NCBI GenBank assembly: GCA_027339965.1 | Contig: DAHWNL010000020.1 | Span: 1-38,420, forward strand | Source of the DNA: Granulicella sp. | Lineage (GTDB): Bacteria > Acidobacteriota > Terriglobia > Terriglobales > Acidobacteriaceae | DNA length: 38,420 nucleotides | Reading direction: 5' to 3' | Shown: piece by piece, positions 28,057-37,302 of the stretch | Position numbering within the stretch: the stretch's first letter is position 1 | Layout: each line of letters begins with the position of its first letter | Notes under the pieces: generated by a model | The model's input: the letters and a program-made list of their open reading frames with translations, nothing else | Told to the model about the DNA's origin: nothing | Databases searched by the model: none | Made by a program: the position numbers and the translations under genes

Positions 28057-29195
28057 GCGCTCACCCCTTTTGCCTCGTTCACCACAGCTTGGGCAGCCTG
28101 CAGTAGTTCGGTTTCAGTCAAATCCTTGACCACCACTGCATCGCCAATACCCACCGGCAGCACAAACGACCGGGTTCCACTGCGATTCTTCTTGTCTCTG
28201 GCGGTCAGCGCCACCAGTTGACCGGCTTCCGCGGAAAAGCCACGCAGGGGTCCATAGGTGCGAATCGTTCGTTCCATCCGCTCCGCCTCCACCCCAGTTA
28301 CCGTTCCACGGCGCGCCCCGAGCCGCACGGCGGCGATCATTCCCCAAGCCACAGCCTCTCCGTGCAAGAGCTGTCGATACCCGGTTGCGGCCTCTATGGC
28401 GTGCCCCAGCGTGTGGCCCAGATTCAGGATCATGCGCAGCCCGCCCTCGCGCTCATCCGTGCTGACCACTTCGGCCTTGACGCGCACGCTTGCCGCTACC
28501 GCGCGGGTTAGCGCCTCGGGGTTCCCGGCCAGCACGACGTCGCTCTGGGTCTCCAGGAATTCGAAGAGACTGCGATCGCGGATGATTCCGGACTTGACAG
28601 CCTCCTGCAAGCCCGCTCGAAGCTCGGCAGCTGGCAGCGTAGCCAGGGTCGCCGTATCCGCATACACCGCCATGGGGTGATGGAAGGCTCCTGCCAGATT
28701 TTTCCCCGCTGCCAGATTGACCCCTGTCTTTCCTCCCAGGGAACTGTCCACCTGGGCCAGAAGCGTGGTTGGTACGCCGACATAGCGAATTCCACGCATG
28801 TAAATGGCGGCCAGAAACCCTGTCAGGTCGCCCAGCACGCCTCCGCCCAGGGCTACCAGCACGGAGTCGCGGTCCGCCCCAAGCCGGGCCAGTTCTTCTG
28901 CCAATCGCTCCACTGTCGTCAGGCGCTTTTGCTCCTCACCGGCAGGAACCAGCAACCGGGTAAGAGTAGGGAGGCCGAGATCCTGGAAGCCGACTTCCAG
29001 CCGCTCTCCCCAGAGCTGGTCAATCTCCGGTGAGGTCACCAGAAAGGCTCGCTGTCTGCCTGCCCGGAGTCCACCTTCCAGCAGGGCATCCAGACGCGCG
29101 CCCACCTGATTCACCAACCCTTCACCAATCTCCACGTCATAGACGGCTGAAGGGGTCCGAACGCCAATCACCGTATTTGCAGCCACAGGTATCAT
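28053..29195 (-). CDS. aroB: 3-dehydroquinate synthase
   Basis: [53 protein letters not shown]. Confidence 0.97.
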   Translation of the reverse strand: MIPVAANTVIGVRTPSAVYDVEIGEGLVNQVGARLDALLEGGLRAGRQRAFLVTSPEIDQLWGERLEVGFQDLGLPTLTRLLVPAGEEQKRLTTVERLAEELARLGADRDSVLVALGGGVLGDLTGFLAAIYMRGIRYVGVPTTLLAQVDSSLGGKTGVNLAAGKNLAGAFHHPMAVYADTATLATLPAAELRAGLQEAVKSGIIRDRSLFEFLETQSDVVLAGNPEALTRAVAASVRVKAEVVSTDEREGGLRMILNLGHTLGHAIEAATGYRQLLHGEAVAWGMIAAVRLGARRGTVTGVEAERMERTIRTYGPLRGFSAEAGQLVALTARDKKNRSGTRSFVLPVGIGDAVVVKDLTETELLQAAQAVVNEAKGVSA

Positions 29196-29254
29196 TCTCC
29201 CTCAGGATATCGCGCCCTGACGGCGTTCCAGGGCGCAACTTGCCTCCGGCAGCC

Positions 29255-30160
29255 TCAGGCGGGGCGCGCGAGCAGCGAAGCTCCCAGGGTAACGCTCATC
29301 AGGGCCGCAAGGACGGCCAGCGAGATCCCCGGGCCGATCGTCACCCAGTTGGCGGCGAGCATCTTCAGAGAGGCAAATCCGAGCATCGCCGCCAGGCCGA
29401 CGTGCAGGTAGCGCAACCGATCCAACCCCGCGGCCAGCAACACAAACAGCGAGCGCAGCCCCATCACCGCCATGATGTTGGAGGTATAGGCCAGAAAGGG
29501 CTGTCGCGTGATGCTGAGGACCGCCGGTATGGAGTCCATGGCGAAGACGATGTCGGTCAACTCCACGGCTACCAAGGTGAGGAGGAGCACGGTCGCCATG
29601 CGTCGCCCGTCCTGGGCGACGACGAAGTGGTCAAGATCCGGGCTGACGGGCCTCCAGCGCGTCAACCACTGGATCCAGGTCGGGGCTGGCTGCGCAGACG
29701 GCTGAGACTGCCCCACCCGCAACAGCCGGAAGGCGGCCAGCAAGAGCAGAGAGGCAAAGAGGTATTGGATCCAGCGCAACCGGTTCAGCAGCGCTATGCC
29801 GCCGGCGATGAATGCTCCACGCAGGACCATTGCGCCTGCAACTCCCCACGAGAGCACGCGCGGCTGCCTTTCCGCGGGAATCCGGAAGAGGCGGAAGAGC
29901 AGGACGAAGACAATGAGATTGTCCAGCGACAGAGCCTGTTCAAGGGCATAGCCTGCCAGATACTGGGCCGCTCCGGCGAGGCGATACGGCCGCAGCAGGG
30001 CCATGCCGAAAGCCAGGGCGGTCATCATCCACATGCCGACGGTCAGTAGCGCCCTTCGCCGAGCATCGGTAACGGAGCGGTGCAGCAGGTGCTCCACCCC
30101 GAAAAGGATGATCAGAGCGAGGTGAAAGGCGATCCAATACCAAAGCCTTGCCGGGGTCAT
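29255..30160 (-). CDS. TerC/Alx-family metal homeostasis membrane protein
   Basis: EQALSLDNLIVF, VELTDIVFAMDSIPAV, YTSNIMAVMGLRSLF motifs. Confidence 0.92.
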   Translation of the reverse strand: MTPARLWYWIAFHLALIILFGVEHLLHRSVTDARRRALLTVGMWMMTALAFGMALLRPYRLAGAAQYLAGYALEQALSLDNLIVFVLLFRLFRIPAERQPRVLSWGVAGAMVLRGAFIAGGIALLNRLRWIQYLFASLLLLAAFRLLRVGQSQPSAQPAPTWIQWLTRWRPVSPDLDHFVVAQDGRRMATVLLLTLVAVELTDIVFAMDSIPAVLSITRQPFLAYTSNIMAVMGLRSLFVLLAAGLDRLRYLHVGLAAMLGFASLKMLAANWVTIGPGISLAVLAALMSVTLGASLLARPA

Positions 30161-30356
30161 GGGTGTTCCTCCGCCATCCTACAGGCACTCCGCTCTCCTT
30201 GACCATGGTCCCCAAGATGACGCGCCCTGAAATAGATCTGCAACGCCGTCTTCCCCACCGGAAAGACTCCCGGAGATAGTGCGCTCGCAGCGCGCTTGCC
30301 GGCGCGCTGCTCGAACGGAGCCCGAGCGAAAGACAGCCCAGCTTTTCCGACGCCTT

Positions 30357-31289
30357 TCAAGGCCGTTGATCGATGAGCTTCACCAGTTCCAGAAAGAGAT
30401 CCGCCGATACCTGGAGGCTGGCGGCGCTCAGCTTGTCCATCGTGTCCTGTTCGGTATGGTGATAGGCCTCCGGATCCGAAGGGGTTCCGTACTCGAAGTC
30501 GATCACATCCAAAGACGGCACGCCCCGCTCCAGAAACGGAAGATGGTCATCCTCGACGGCCAGCGAATGTTTGAAGAGGTATCCGGAGTGGCCCGTCTCT
30601 CTGCCTGCCCTGGCCAGAAGCTCCAGCAGCCAGGGCGTGGAGTTTGTCTCCCGGTCGATGTTCAGATTCTTCCAGCCGATCATGTCGGCCAGGATAAAGG
30701 CCTTGATACGGCCGATGGTACCATCGGCGGACCACTCGGCCGCCATATGCCGGGAGCCGTAGAGCGAATCGCGGTCTGTCCACTCCTTGTTAATCGACTC
30801 CTCGCCGTCGGTAAACAGCAGCCACACCGAGTAGCCCTGTGGCGGGTGAAGACGATAGTACTCGCCCAGCGCAATCAGCAGCGCGGTGGTGCATGCTCCG
30901 TCGTTGGCGCCGAGGAAACGAATGTCCTTGAGCCAGAAGTTGGTCTCATAGTGGGAGGCCAGGACGATGATGCCGTTCTTTTTGGCCGGCGATGCGCTGG
31001 GAAACTTGACGATCAGGTTGTGCATGGTCAGCGGCCCGATCGGGGTGAGCGCTGTGAACCGGTCGTCGACAAAGTCTCCCTTGGCCAGCTCCGGCCTGAA
31101 GTGGTTGCGGATGAAAGCCTCTGCCGCCGCATGCCCTGCGGAGCCGATATATCTCTTGGGCGCCGCATCCAGATACTCCCGCGTCAGGCGCAGGATTTCG
31201 CGTCCGCTCACGGCCCCGTCCTGCGCGTATCCTGCCGGCGTCAGCCCCGTCCAACCGAGCCACAAGATGAAGACCCAATGCCAACGCAT
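30357..31289 (-). CDS. secreted M28-family protein, glutaminyl-peptide cyclotransferase (QC)-like
   Basis: ASHYET, GANDGA, DGEE, DMIG, EDDHLPF and HHT.QD motifs in QC/M28 order; signal peptide. Confidence 0.85.
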   Translation of the reverse strand: MRWHWVFILWLGWTGLTPAGYAQDGAVSGREILRLTREYLDAAPKRYIGSAGHAAAEAFIRNHFRPELAKGDFVDDRFTALTPIGPLTMHNLIVKFPSASPAKKNGIIVLASHYETNFWLKDIRFLGANDGACTTALLIALGEYYRLHPPQGYSVWLLFTDGEESINKEWTDRDSLYGSRHMAAEWSADGTIGRIKAFILADMIGWKNLNIDRETNSTPWLLELLARAGRETGHSGYLFKHSLAVEDDHLPFLERGVPSLDVIDFEYGTPSDPEAYHHTEQDTMDKLSAASLQVSADLFLELVKLIDQRP

Positions 31290-31292
31290 CCT

Positions 31293-32099
31293 TTAGACCG
31301 TGCCCTTCGCAGCATCCTTTTTCTGCTGCCTCTTCTTGCGCCGGTCCGGATGCACAAAGAACGCCACTCCAATCCCTAAAAAGTACAGTACCAGCATGGG
31401 CGAGGCGAACAGGCACATGCCCACTGGGCTGGGATCCGGACAGATCACCGCGGCCACCAGAAAGATGGCCATGATGGCATAACGGAAGTTCTTCAGGAGA
31501 AACTTCGCATCCACAATCCCAAACAGAGACAGGAAGAAGATAAGGATTGGCAGCTCAAAGGTGATGCCCAAGCCCAGGATCACGGCCAGGAAGAAGCCGG
31601 TGTAATCGTCGATCGTGATCATGTGGGTAAAGTTCTTGCCGAAGTCCTGGACCAGAAAGACCATGGCGCCGGGCAGGACATAGCGGTAGCCAAACCATGT
31701 ACCCGCCAGAAACAGTCCCACTGTGGCTACCATGAAGGGCACCACAAACTTCTTTTCGTTCGCGTACATGCCCGGCGAAATGAACAGCCACACCTGGTAG
31801 AGGATGAACGGGGACGCGAGGATTGCGCCCCCTACAAGGGAGGTCTTGACGAAAAAGTTGATCGCATCCGTGGGATGCGTCATGGTCATCTTGAGCCCGA
31901 TATCCAGTAACGGTCTCTGAATGTAGCCCACCAACTGGTTGCGCAGCAGCCACGCCACCACAAAGCCGGCCGACAGATATCCGAAGATCCACAGCAGCCG
32001 GGTTCGCAACTCCTCCAGATGCTCCATCAGGGTCATGCCGGGAAGTTCGGCGCGGTCATGTACCGCCGTTCTTGCGCGATCCAGCAGATCAGTCGCCAT
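31293..32099 (-). CDS. tatC: twin-arginine translocase subunit TatC
   Basis: MTLMEHLEELRTRL, YQVWLFISPGMYANEK, FELP motifs. Confidence 0.97.
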   Translation of the reverse strand: MATDLLDRARTAVHDRAELPGMTLMEHLEELRTRLLWIFGYLSAGFVVAWLLRNQLVGYIQRPLLDIGLKMTMTHPTDAINFFVKTSLVGGAILASPFILYQVWLFISPGMYANEKKFVVPFMVATVGLFLAGTWFGYRYVLPGAMVFLVQDFGKNFTHMITIDDYTGFFLAVILGLGITFELPILIFFLSLFGIVDAKFLLKNFRYAIMAIFLVAAVICPDPSPVGMCLFASPMLVLYFLGIGVAFFVHPDRRKKRQQKKDAAKGTV

Positions 32100-32760
32100 G
32101 GAGCGTCGCCTCCCTCAGGGCGGCGGCATCGCCAACGGACGATTCGCCGTCGGGTGCCGCGAACGCCGTGCTGGTTTCCACGCGGGCTGCCGCCGCCCTC
32201 TCCGGCGGCTCAATCAGATCTCTCAGCGGCGACTCCGGGCCGTCGGCTTCCGCATCCGGCGCCGTGGAGTGGATGGGACGCTGCGCCACCGGCAGGCCTG
32301 TTTTGGGAGGCATGATCTTTAAGTCTCCTGAAACTGCGATCGGCAGGGCTTCCTGTGGATTGTCTGCCGTCTCCCGTCTGTCCTGCGAGAACTCCTGTCC
32401 CGGAGTGATCTCCGTGGAGCTTTCTTCGGCAGAGCGCAGATCCGAGTGATTGTCCGCGAGCACATCGGCCTCCGTCTCGTACACATCCGGGATCGACTCC
32501 TCCTGCGCGGATTCGGTGGCCGCAGCCGCCTCCACCGGGGGCTCGGGCGCTGCGGCTGTGATCGCGGCAATCTGCTTGTTGCGCTCGGCCTGTTCACTCA
32601 AGCGCAACTCCTCCTCCATCTGCATCTTGAACTCATTGGAGGCGCGGCGGAACTCCCCTACCCACTTGCCCAGCTCCCGAGCCAGCACCGGCAAACGCTT
32701 GGGGCCGAATAGAAGCAGCGCCAGGACGAAGAGAAAGATGCTGTCAGGAAAACTCGGCAT
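32089..32760 (-). CDS. tatB: twin-arginine translocase subunit TatB (TatA/B family) with long acidic tail
   Basis: ALLLFGPKRLP.LARELGKWVGEFRRA; overlaps tatC. Confidence 0.88.
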   Translation of the reverse strand: MPSFPDSIFLFVLALLLFGPKRLPVLARELGKWVGEFRRASNEFKMQMEEELRLSEQAERNKQIAAITAAAPEPPVEAAAATESAQEESIPDVYETEADVLADNHSDLRSAEESSTEITPGQEFSQDRRETADNPQEALPIAVSGDLKIMPPKTGLPVAQRPIHSTAPDAEADGPESPLRDLIEPPERAAAARVETSTAFAAPDGESSVGDAAALREATLHGD

Positions 32761-33153
32761 ACTGCCCTTGATGATAAGGCTTTGGAGTCAGGGAGCGGTA
32801 GTTGGGAATCTTTCCAATGCATGCGGGGCCACGCACCCGCTGCCATACCCCAATCGGGGAATCGGTCCCCGATGGCTCTGGGCAGACCATCCGGCTCCTC
32901 CTCTCCGGCTTCTCCTTAGGGTTGGGCAGGTTTGCGGCCACCAATTCTGTGGTTCCCTGGAGCCTTTTGCAACTCTCCACCGATATGGGAATCTCTGGGC
33001 TTCCGGGGAATGCACAGGATTTCGCCTGCCAGGAAACCCTTGCGACTGCCAATCGTCCTATCATAAAGAGCTACTCGTCAGGCTGTGCCTGTAACAATGG
33101 ATCTATCCCGGAGCCTTTGGACAACGTCTCCGGAATTTGGAGAGTCTCAAATC

Positions 33154-34443
33154 ATGGCGTCAGCCCATCGCAGCGTTGCCTTTCAGTCTCCCTTGACTCG
33201 CGCCAGCGCCCTTCTTCTGCTCTCCGGCCTTACGCTGCTGCTCACTGGTTGCAAGGGCTTCTTCTCCTGCGAAGGCAAGACAGACTGTCCTTGCGTAGCC
33301 GGAACCACGACCAACACCAACTCCACACCCACAGAGACGGTGACCACCACCGTGACCACGACGTGCACCTCCGCCACGGGCACGGGTACCGGCACCGGCA
33401 CGGGGACCAGCACCAGCACCACGACGAACAGCAACTCCTCTGACTTTATCTTTGTCTCCAACGACGCCATCTCCTCCAATAACGTGGACGGCTACGCGAT
33501 CTCCGGCAGCACGCTGACACCGATCACCGGTTCACCTTTCAACTTCAGCTACCCACCCTCTGCGATGGCAGTTGATCCTGGCAACAGCCTTCTGTTTGCC
33601 GCCACAGACTCTGAACTAACGCAGGGCTTTCTTTATGGCTACTCCATCACCAGCGGTGCTCTGGGCATTCTGGACAGTGGCACTCCTCTGGTGAGCGAGA
33701 GCGTCACCTCGCTAGCCATCTCTCCGGACGGAAGCTGGCTGTTTGCTCTGGATACGGATGGCACCACCCTGGAGGAGTACTCCATCAACCCATCCACCGG
33801 AGCGCTTACCTTTATCAACACCTACCCCGTCTCCGGCTCCGCCAACGGAATTGTCACACCCACTCAGGTCGCTGTGGCTCCCAGCGGGGACTTCATCGTG
33901 GCCACCTTGGGCACGGGCGGCGCGGATACCTTTACCTTTGACACGGTTACCGGCGTTGCCACGCCTTCCACCCTGATCTCTCCAGTCACCCCTGCCAGCG
34001 GCATCTTTGGGGTTGCGATGGATGAGAACAATAACATCTACCTGGCCGGTACGGCTGGTCTTCAGGTTTTCTCCGCGACCGCTATCGGCGTTCCGTCCCT
34101 GCTGAACACCTACACCACCGGCAACGGCGCACACGCCGTCGCCATCAACCCGGACTTCACCTACGTCTACGTTGGCAACCTGACCGATGGCACCATCAGC
34201 GCCTTCTCCATCGGCACAGATGCGGCATTGTCGGCCATCAATGGCTCGCCCTTCCCCGGCCCGCCCGCGGTGAGTGCGCTCAGCGTGGACAGCACCAGCG
34301 GCTATCTTGTCGCCGCAGGATACAGCGCCACGAACGGCGTCCAGCTCTATACCATCGGCTCTGGCGGAGTGCTGACTGAGGCCGCGTCAGAGGGCACAGG
34401 CACGTCCCCCGAGATTCCCGTAGCGCTCGCACTGACACAATAG
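33154..34443 (+). CDS. lactonase-family beta-propeller lipoprotein
   Basis: Lipobox LTGC, Thr/Gly-rich linker, propeller blades (ISPDGSWLF, VAPSGDFI, INPDFTYVYVGN), GSPF repeats. ATG 33154 follows GGAG. Confidence 0.8.
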   Translation: MASAHRSVAFQSPLTRASALLLLSGLTLLLTGCKGFFSCEGKTDCPCVAGTTTNTNSTPTETVTTTVTTTCTSATGTGTGTGTGTSTSTTTNSNSSDFIFVSNDAISSNNVDGYAISGSTLTPITGSPFNFSYPPSAMAVDPGNSLLFAATDSELTQGFLYGYSITSGALGILDSGTPLVSESVTSLAISPDGSWLFALDTDGTTLEEYSINPSTGALTFINTYPVSGSANGIVTPTQVAVAPSGDFIVATLGTGGADTFTFDTVTGVATPSTLISPVTPASGIFGVAMDENNNIYLAGTAGLQVFSATAIGVPSLLNTYTTGNGAHAVAINPDFTYVYVGNLTDGTISAFSIGTDAALSAINGSPFPGPPAVSALSVDSTSGYLVAAGYSATNGVQLYTIGSGGVLTEAASEGTGTSPEIPVALALTQ

Positions 34444-34606
34444 CTTTGCTACCAGCAGGTCGGCTTCAACCACGGCGAGCGAGGCGAACCACGCTATCCA
34501 CTCCTGACGACTTGCGTGTCGCGGTACCCTCAAAAGGAGTTCATCCGCCGGACGTCCACTCAACCTTGTACAGGCCGATAAGATTTCACCAAAGGCGCCG
34601 CTTTCT

Positions 34607-35809
34607 ATGCAGCCAACTCCTTCAAAGCAGATGAAACAGCCTCTCTGCCCTCTGGCAAAGGCCTCGCGCCGGTGGGCCCGCTTCTCATCGATTGCGATGC
34701 TGGCAGCATCCGGCTGTGGCCTTGCCGGCTGCTCCCATCTGCGCCAACCGCCTCCTGCCAACTTCGTCTATGTCACCGCGCAGCAGACTTTTCTGCGCGA
34801 TCGCGTCGCGGCTGTCTCCAATCGCATCGGGATGGTCTCCAATGGAGAACGGCTGGCGGTGTTGGGGAGGGAGCGCCGCTGGATCAAAGTTCGCTCGCCG
34901 CGCGGGGAAGTCGGCTGGATCGAGGAAAGATTGACCGCTTCTCAGAAGCTGGAGGATCAGTTTGAGGCCCTCCGGCGAGCGAACCGGAGCGATCCAGTGA
35001 TCGCAACCGCCAGCACCAGCGACGAAGCCTATCTGCATGTAGCCCCTGGCCGGGAGACCGACCACCTTTACCTTCTGGCTGAGTCCACCCCGCTCAGCCT
35101 TCTGGAACGAGCCTCGGTTCCCAGACCTGTCGCTCCCGGCGCTCCCGCGCCCACTTCGGCGCATGAAAGTGGAGCCCCGCCCGCGCCGCTCCTGGAAGAC
35201 TGGTGGCTGGTTCGCGATGCCCAGGGGCAGACCGGATGGATCTACGGCAGGCTGGTGGATGTTGCCGCTCCAGATGCTTTGCTGCGCTACGCTGATGGCC
35301 AGCGAATCGTGGCAGCTTATCTCTTGGCCGCGGTCGACGACCCCAGTTCGGGGGTTCTGGATCAGGGGAAGGTGGTGACCCGAATCCCCGAGTATCTGGC
35401 CGTTCTGGCGCCTTACCAATCGGGCTTGCCCTATGACTTCAATCAGGTGCGCGTCTTTGTGTGGAATATCCGCAAGCATCGCTATGAGACGGGCTTTGCC
35501 GAGCGCAATATCGCCGGTTACCTTCCCCTGAAGATCACCCTCAGCGCCGATCCCTATGGCCGTGGAGCGGAGGACGCGGAGAAGCTGCCTACCTTCACCT
35601 ATCGCGTCCTGGCGGCTGGAGAACCCCTCCCGGAGCCTGACCCCGTCACCGGGCTGATCAAGCCCGGCCGCACCGTGGAAGAGACCTGGCGCCTGGAAGG
35701 GAACATCTGCCGGCGCATTCTTCCCCGGGGAGTTCCGCCACCCGCGGAGGCTCATCCCGAGGCGCAGAAGAAGAAGATCAAGCCCAGCACCAGGCGCCGC
35801 CGGCCCTGA
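34607..35809 (+). CDS. SH3b-domain lipoprotein
   Basis: Lipobox LAGC; two SH3b-like motifs (WIKVRSPRGEVGWI, WWLVRDAQGQTGWI). Start is uncertain. Confidence 0.8.
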   Translation: MQPTPSKQMKQPLCPLAKASRRWARFSSIAMLAASGCGLAGCSHLRQPPPANFVYVTAQQTFLRDRVAAVSNRIGMVSNGERLAVLGRERRWIKVRSPRGEVGWIEERLTASQKLEDQFEALRRANRSDPVIATASTSDEAYLHVAPGRETDHLYLLAESTPLSLLERASVPRPVAPGAPAPTSAHESGAPPAPLLEDWWLVRDAQGQTGWIYGRLVDVAAPDALLRYADGQRIVAAYLLAAVDDPSSGVLDQGKVVTRIPEYLAVLAPYQSGLPYDFNQVRVFVWNIRKHRYETGFAERNIAGYLPLKITLSADPYGRGAEDAEKLPTFTYRVLAAGEPLPEPDPVTGLIKPGRTVEETWRLEGNICRRILPRGVPPPAEAHPEAQKKKIKPSTRRRRP

Positions 35810-36015
35810 TGCGCCCGCCGTCGGCGGCCTCGATATCTTCGCTGGCCGCCATGGATTCAAGGCCCCATAAACCTGTCATTCGTCGGCGGCCATCGCGTGG
35901 CTGGCCGAATCGCTGCTTGGCGGTGAGACAGCCGTACGGCGCGGTCCGGCGTATTCAGGCCATCGGCAGAGGAATCCGGTCAGCGCCTGCGATGGCTCTC
36001 GAGCCAGCCGAAGAG

Positions 36016-36034
36016 GATGGCTAGAATGGCCATC
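36016..36034 (+). promoter_or_regulatory. palindromic operator overlapping the -10 of the TA operon
   Basis: GATGGC-TAGAATG-GCCATC: an inverted repeat enclosing TAGAAT, 10 nt before the antitoxin ATG. Confidence 0.55.
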
Positions 36035-36044
36035 AGGCGACAGG

Positions 36045-36463
36045 ATGAAAAGCGTGCATGTTGCTGAACTCAAGAATCGTCTGAGCGCCTATCTTCGCGT
36101 GCCGCGGAGCGGCGAGGAGATTGTCATCCGGGACCGGAACCTACCCACCGCCAACCTGATGCCATTCTCTATCGGGAAGCAACCATTACCGCCTCTGAAC
36201 GAGACGGCCCACTGGCGCGTCTCAGCCTGCTGAGGGACGGCTGGAGGGAAATCCTCCCCGGCGACGCTGTGCGAAATCTCGCCGCAACGCTCCTGGACGC
36301 CTATCCGCTTCGGGCCGCGGACAGCTTGCAACTGGCGGCGGCGTTGGTCTGGCGCTGCCAACGTCCACAGGGAAGGGTATTTCTCCGCGGCGATCAGCGT
36401 TTGAGCGCTTTGGCGAACGCAGCGGGTTTTACCGTCGCAGCGCTCTCCAGGCCCAACGGATAA
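36045..36463 (+). pseudogene. internally deleted type II TA operon: Phd/YefM antitoxin N-terminus joined out of frame to a PIN/VapC toxin C-terminus
   Basis: MKSVHVAELKNRLSAYLR..GEEIVIRDRNLP is Phd-like. From about 36167 another frame reads LYREATITASERDGPLARLSLLRDGWREILPGDAVRNLAATLLDAYPLRAADSLQLAAAL..GDQRL, the C-half of a PIN domain with no N-terminus. Confidence 0.82.
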
Positions 36464-36539
36464 GGTTCCGGGCAAGCTGGACCGATAGGGATGTGCTGCC
36501 TGCAGGAAAACCCCGCTTGGCGCAATCCCGTCTTCCTTC

Positions 36540-37004
36540 TCACTTCGCGGCGCACGCGCCTCGGTAGGTTCCTTCAGACCGCATGACGCCGCTCGCGGTC
36601 ATGGGGCTCCCGCCGGGGTAGGAGGTGGTAGTCGTCGTACTGCCCGTAGCGGTAAAAGAGTTCCCGCCATTGGAGAAGATCTCTGTCACACTGGACTGCA
36701 TCTTCCACGCCACCGGACCGCTGCTGCCGTTGCAGGCGAGCTGGACATGCACGCCGCTGGGCACAGAGGTGATATCCGGAGGCTGGCACTGCATCGCGGC
36801 GTTCTTCTGCTTCCAGAAGTCGGAGGCGTCTTCCGCGCAGACGCTCTGCTGGGAAGAGACGGACCGTCCGTCCACGGTCACGGTGGAGTTCACCTTCCAC
36901 TCGCCGGCCTTGAACGCGGCAGCGCCGCTCTGTCCAAACGCCGCTGAACCACCTAGCAGCGCAAGAACGCAGGAAAGGGTAGAGAGACTTCTAAAGTTCG
37001 GCAT
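36540..37004 (-). CDS. DUF3617-like secreted protein
   Basis: Signal peptide, KAGEWKV, spaced Cys residues and C-terminal GAC. Confidence 0.7.
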   Translation of the reverse strand: MPNFRSLSTLSCVLALLGGSAAFGQSGAAAFKAGEWKVNSTVTVDGRSVSSQQSVCAEDASDFWKQKNAAMQCQPPDITSVPSGVHVQLACNGSSGPVAWKMQSSVTEIFSNGGNSFTATGSTTTTTSYPGGSPMTASGVMRSEGTYRGACAAK

Positions 37005-37150
37005 ATCTCGAAAACCCTAGCACACCGCCGCGTAGCCGAACCCCGCGGCCCAGCCAGCCCCCTCAGCCTCGCATCTCAGGTTCACTGGCGCCGTGCATGG
37101 CTCGGAGAAGCGCATGGCAGGGAAGCCATTGTGGCCGCTCCGCAGTCTTG

Positions 37151-37186
37151 CATCTGGCGGCGCATCTGGCGGCGGATCTGGCGGCG
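37151..37186 (+). repeat. 12-bp tandem repeat x3
   Basis: CATCTGGCGGCG CATCTGGCGGCG GATCTGGCGGCG. Confidence 0.85.
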
Positions 37187-37302
37187 TGCAAGCCCGGCAC
37201 GGGCGGCAGCACGCAGCAGGGAAGCGCCGTCGGCGGCTCCACGCAGTCTCGCAACGGAGATGAAACTGCGGTGTCGCAACCAACCGCAAGCGCTCCCGCG
37301 GT

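Noticed and set aside
30161..30356. yybP-ykoY (Mn) riboswitch expected upstream of TerC/Alx
   Set aside because: Only partial words (GGGAGT, CGTCATC, GGGACC) are present, without the canonical GGGGAGTAGC/GAGACC core. An Infernal search with the yybP-ykoY model would be decisive.
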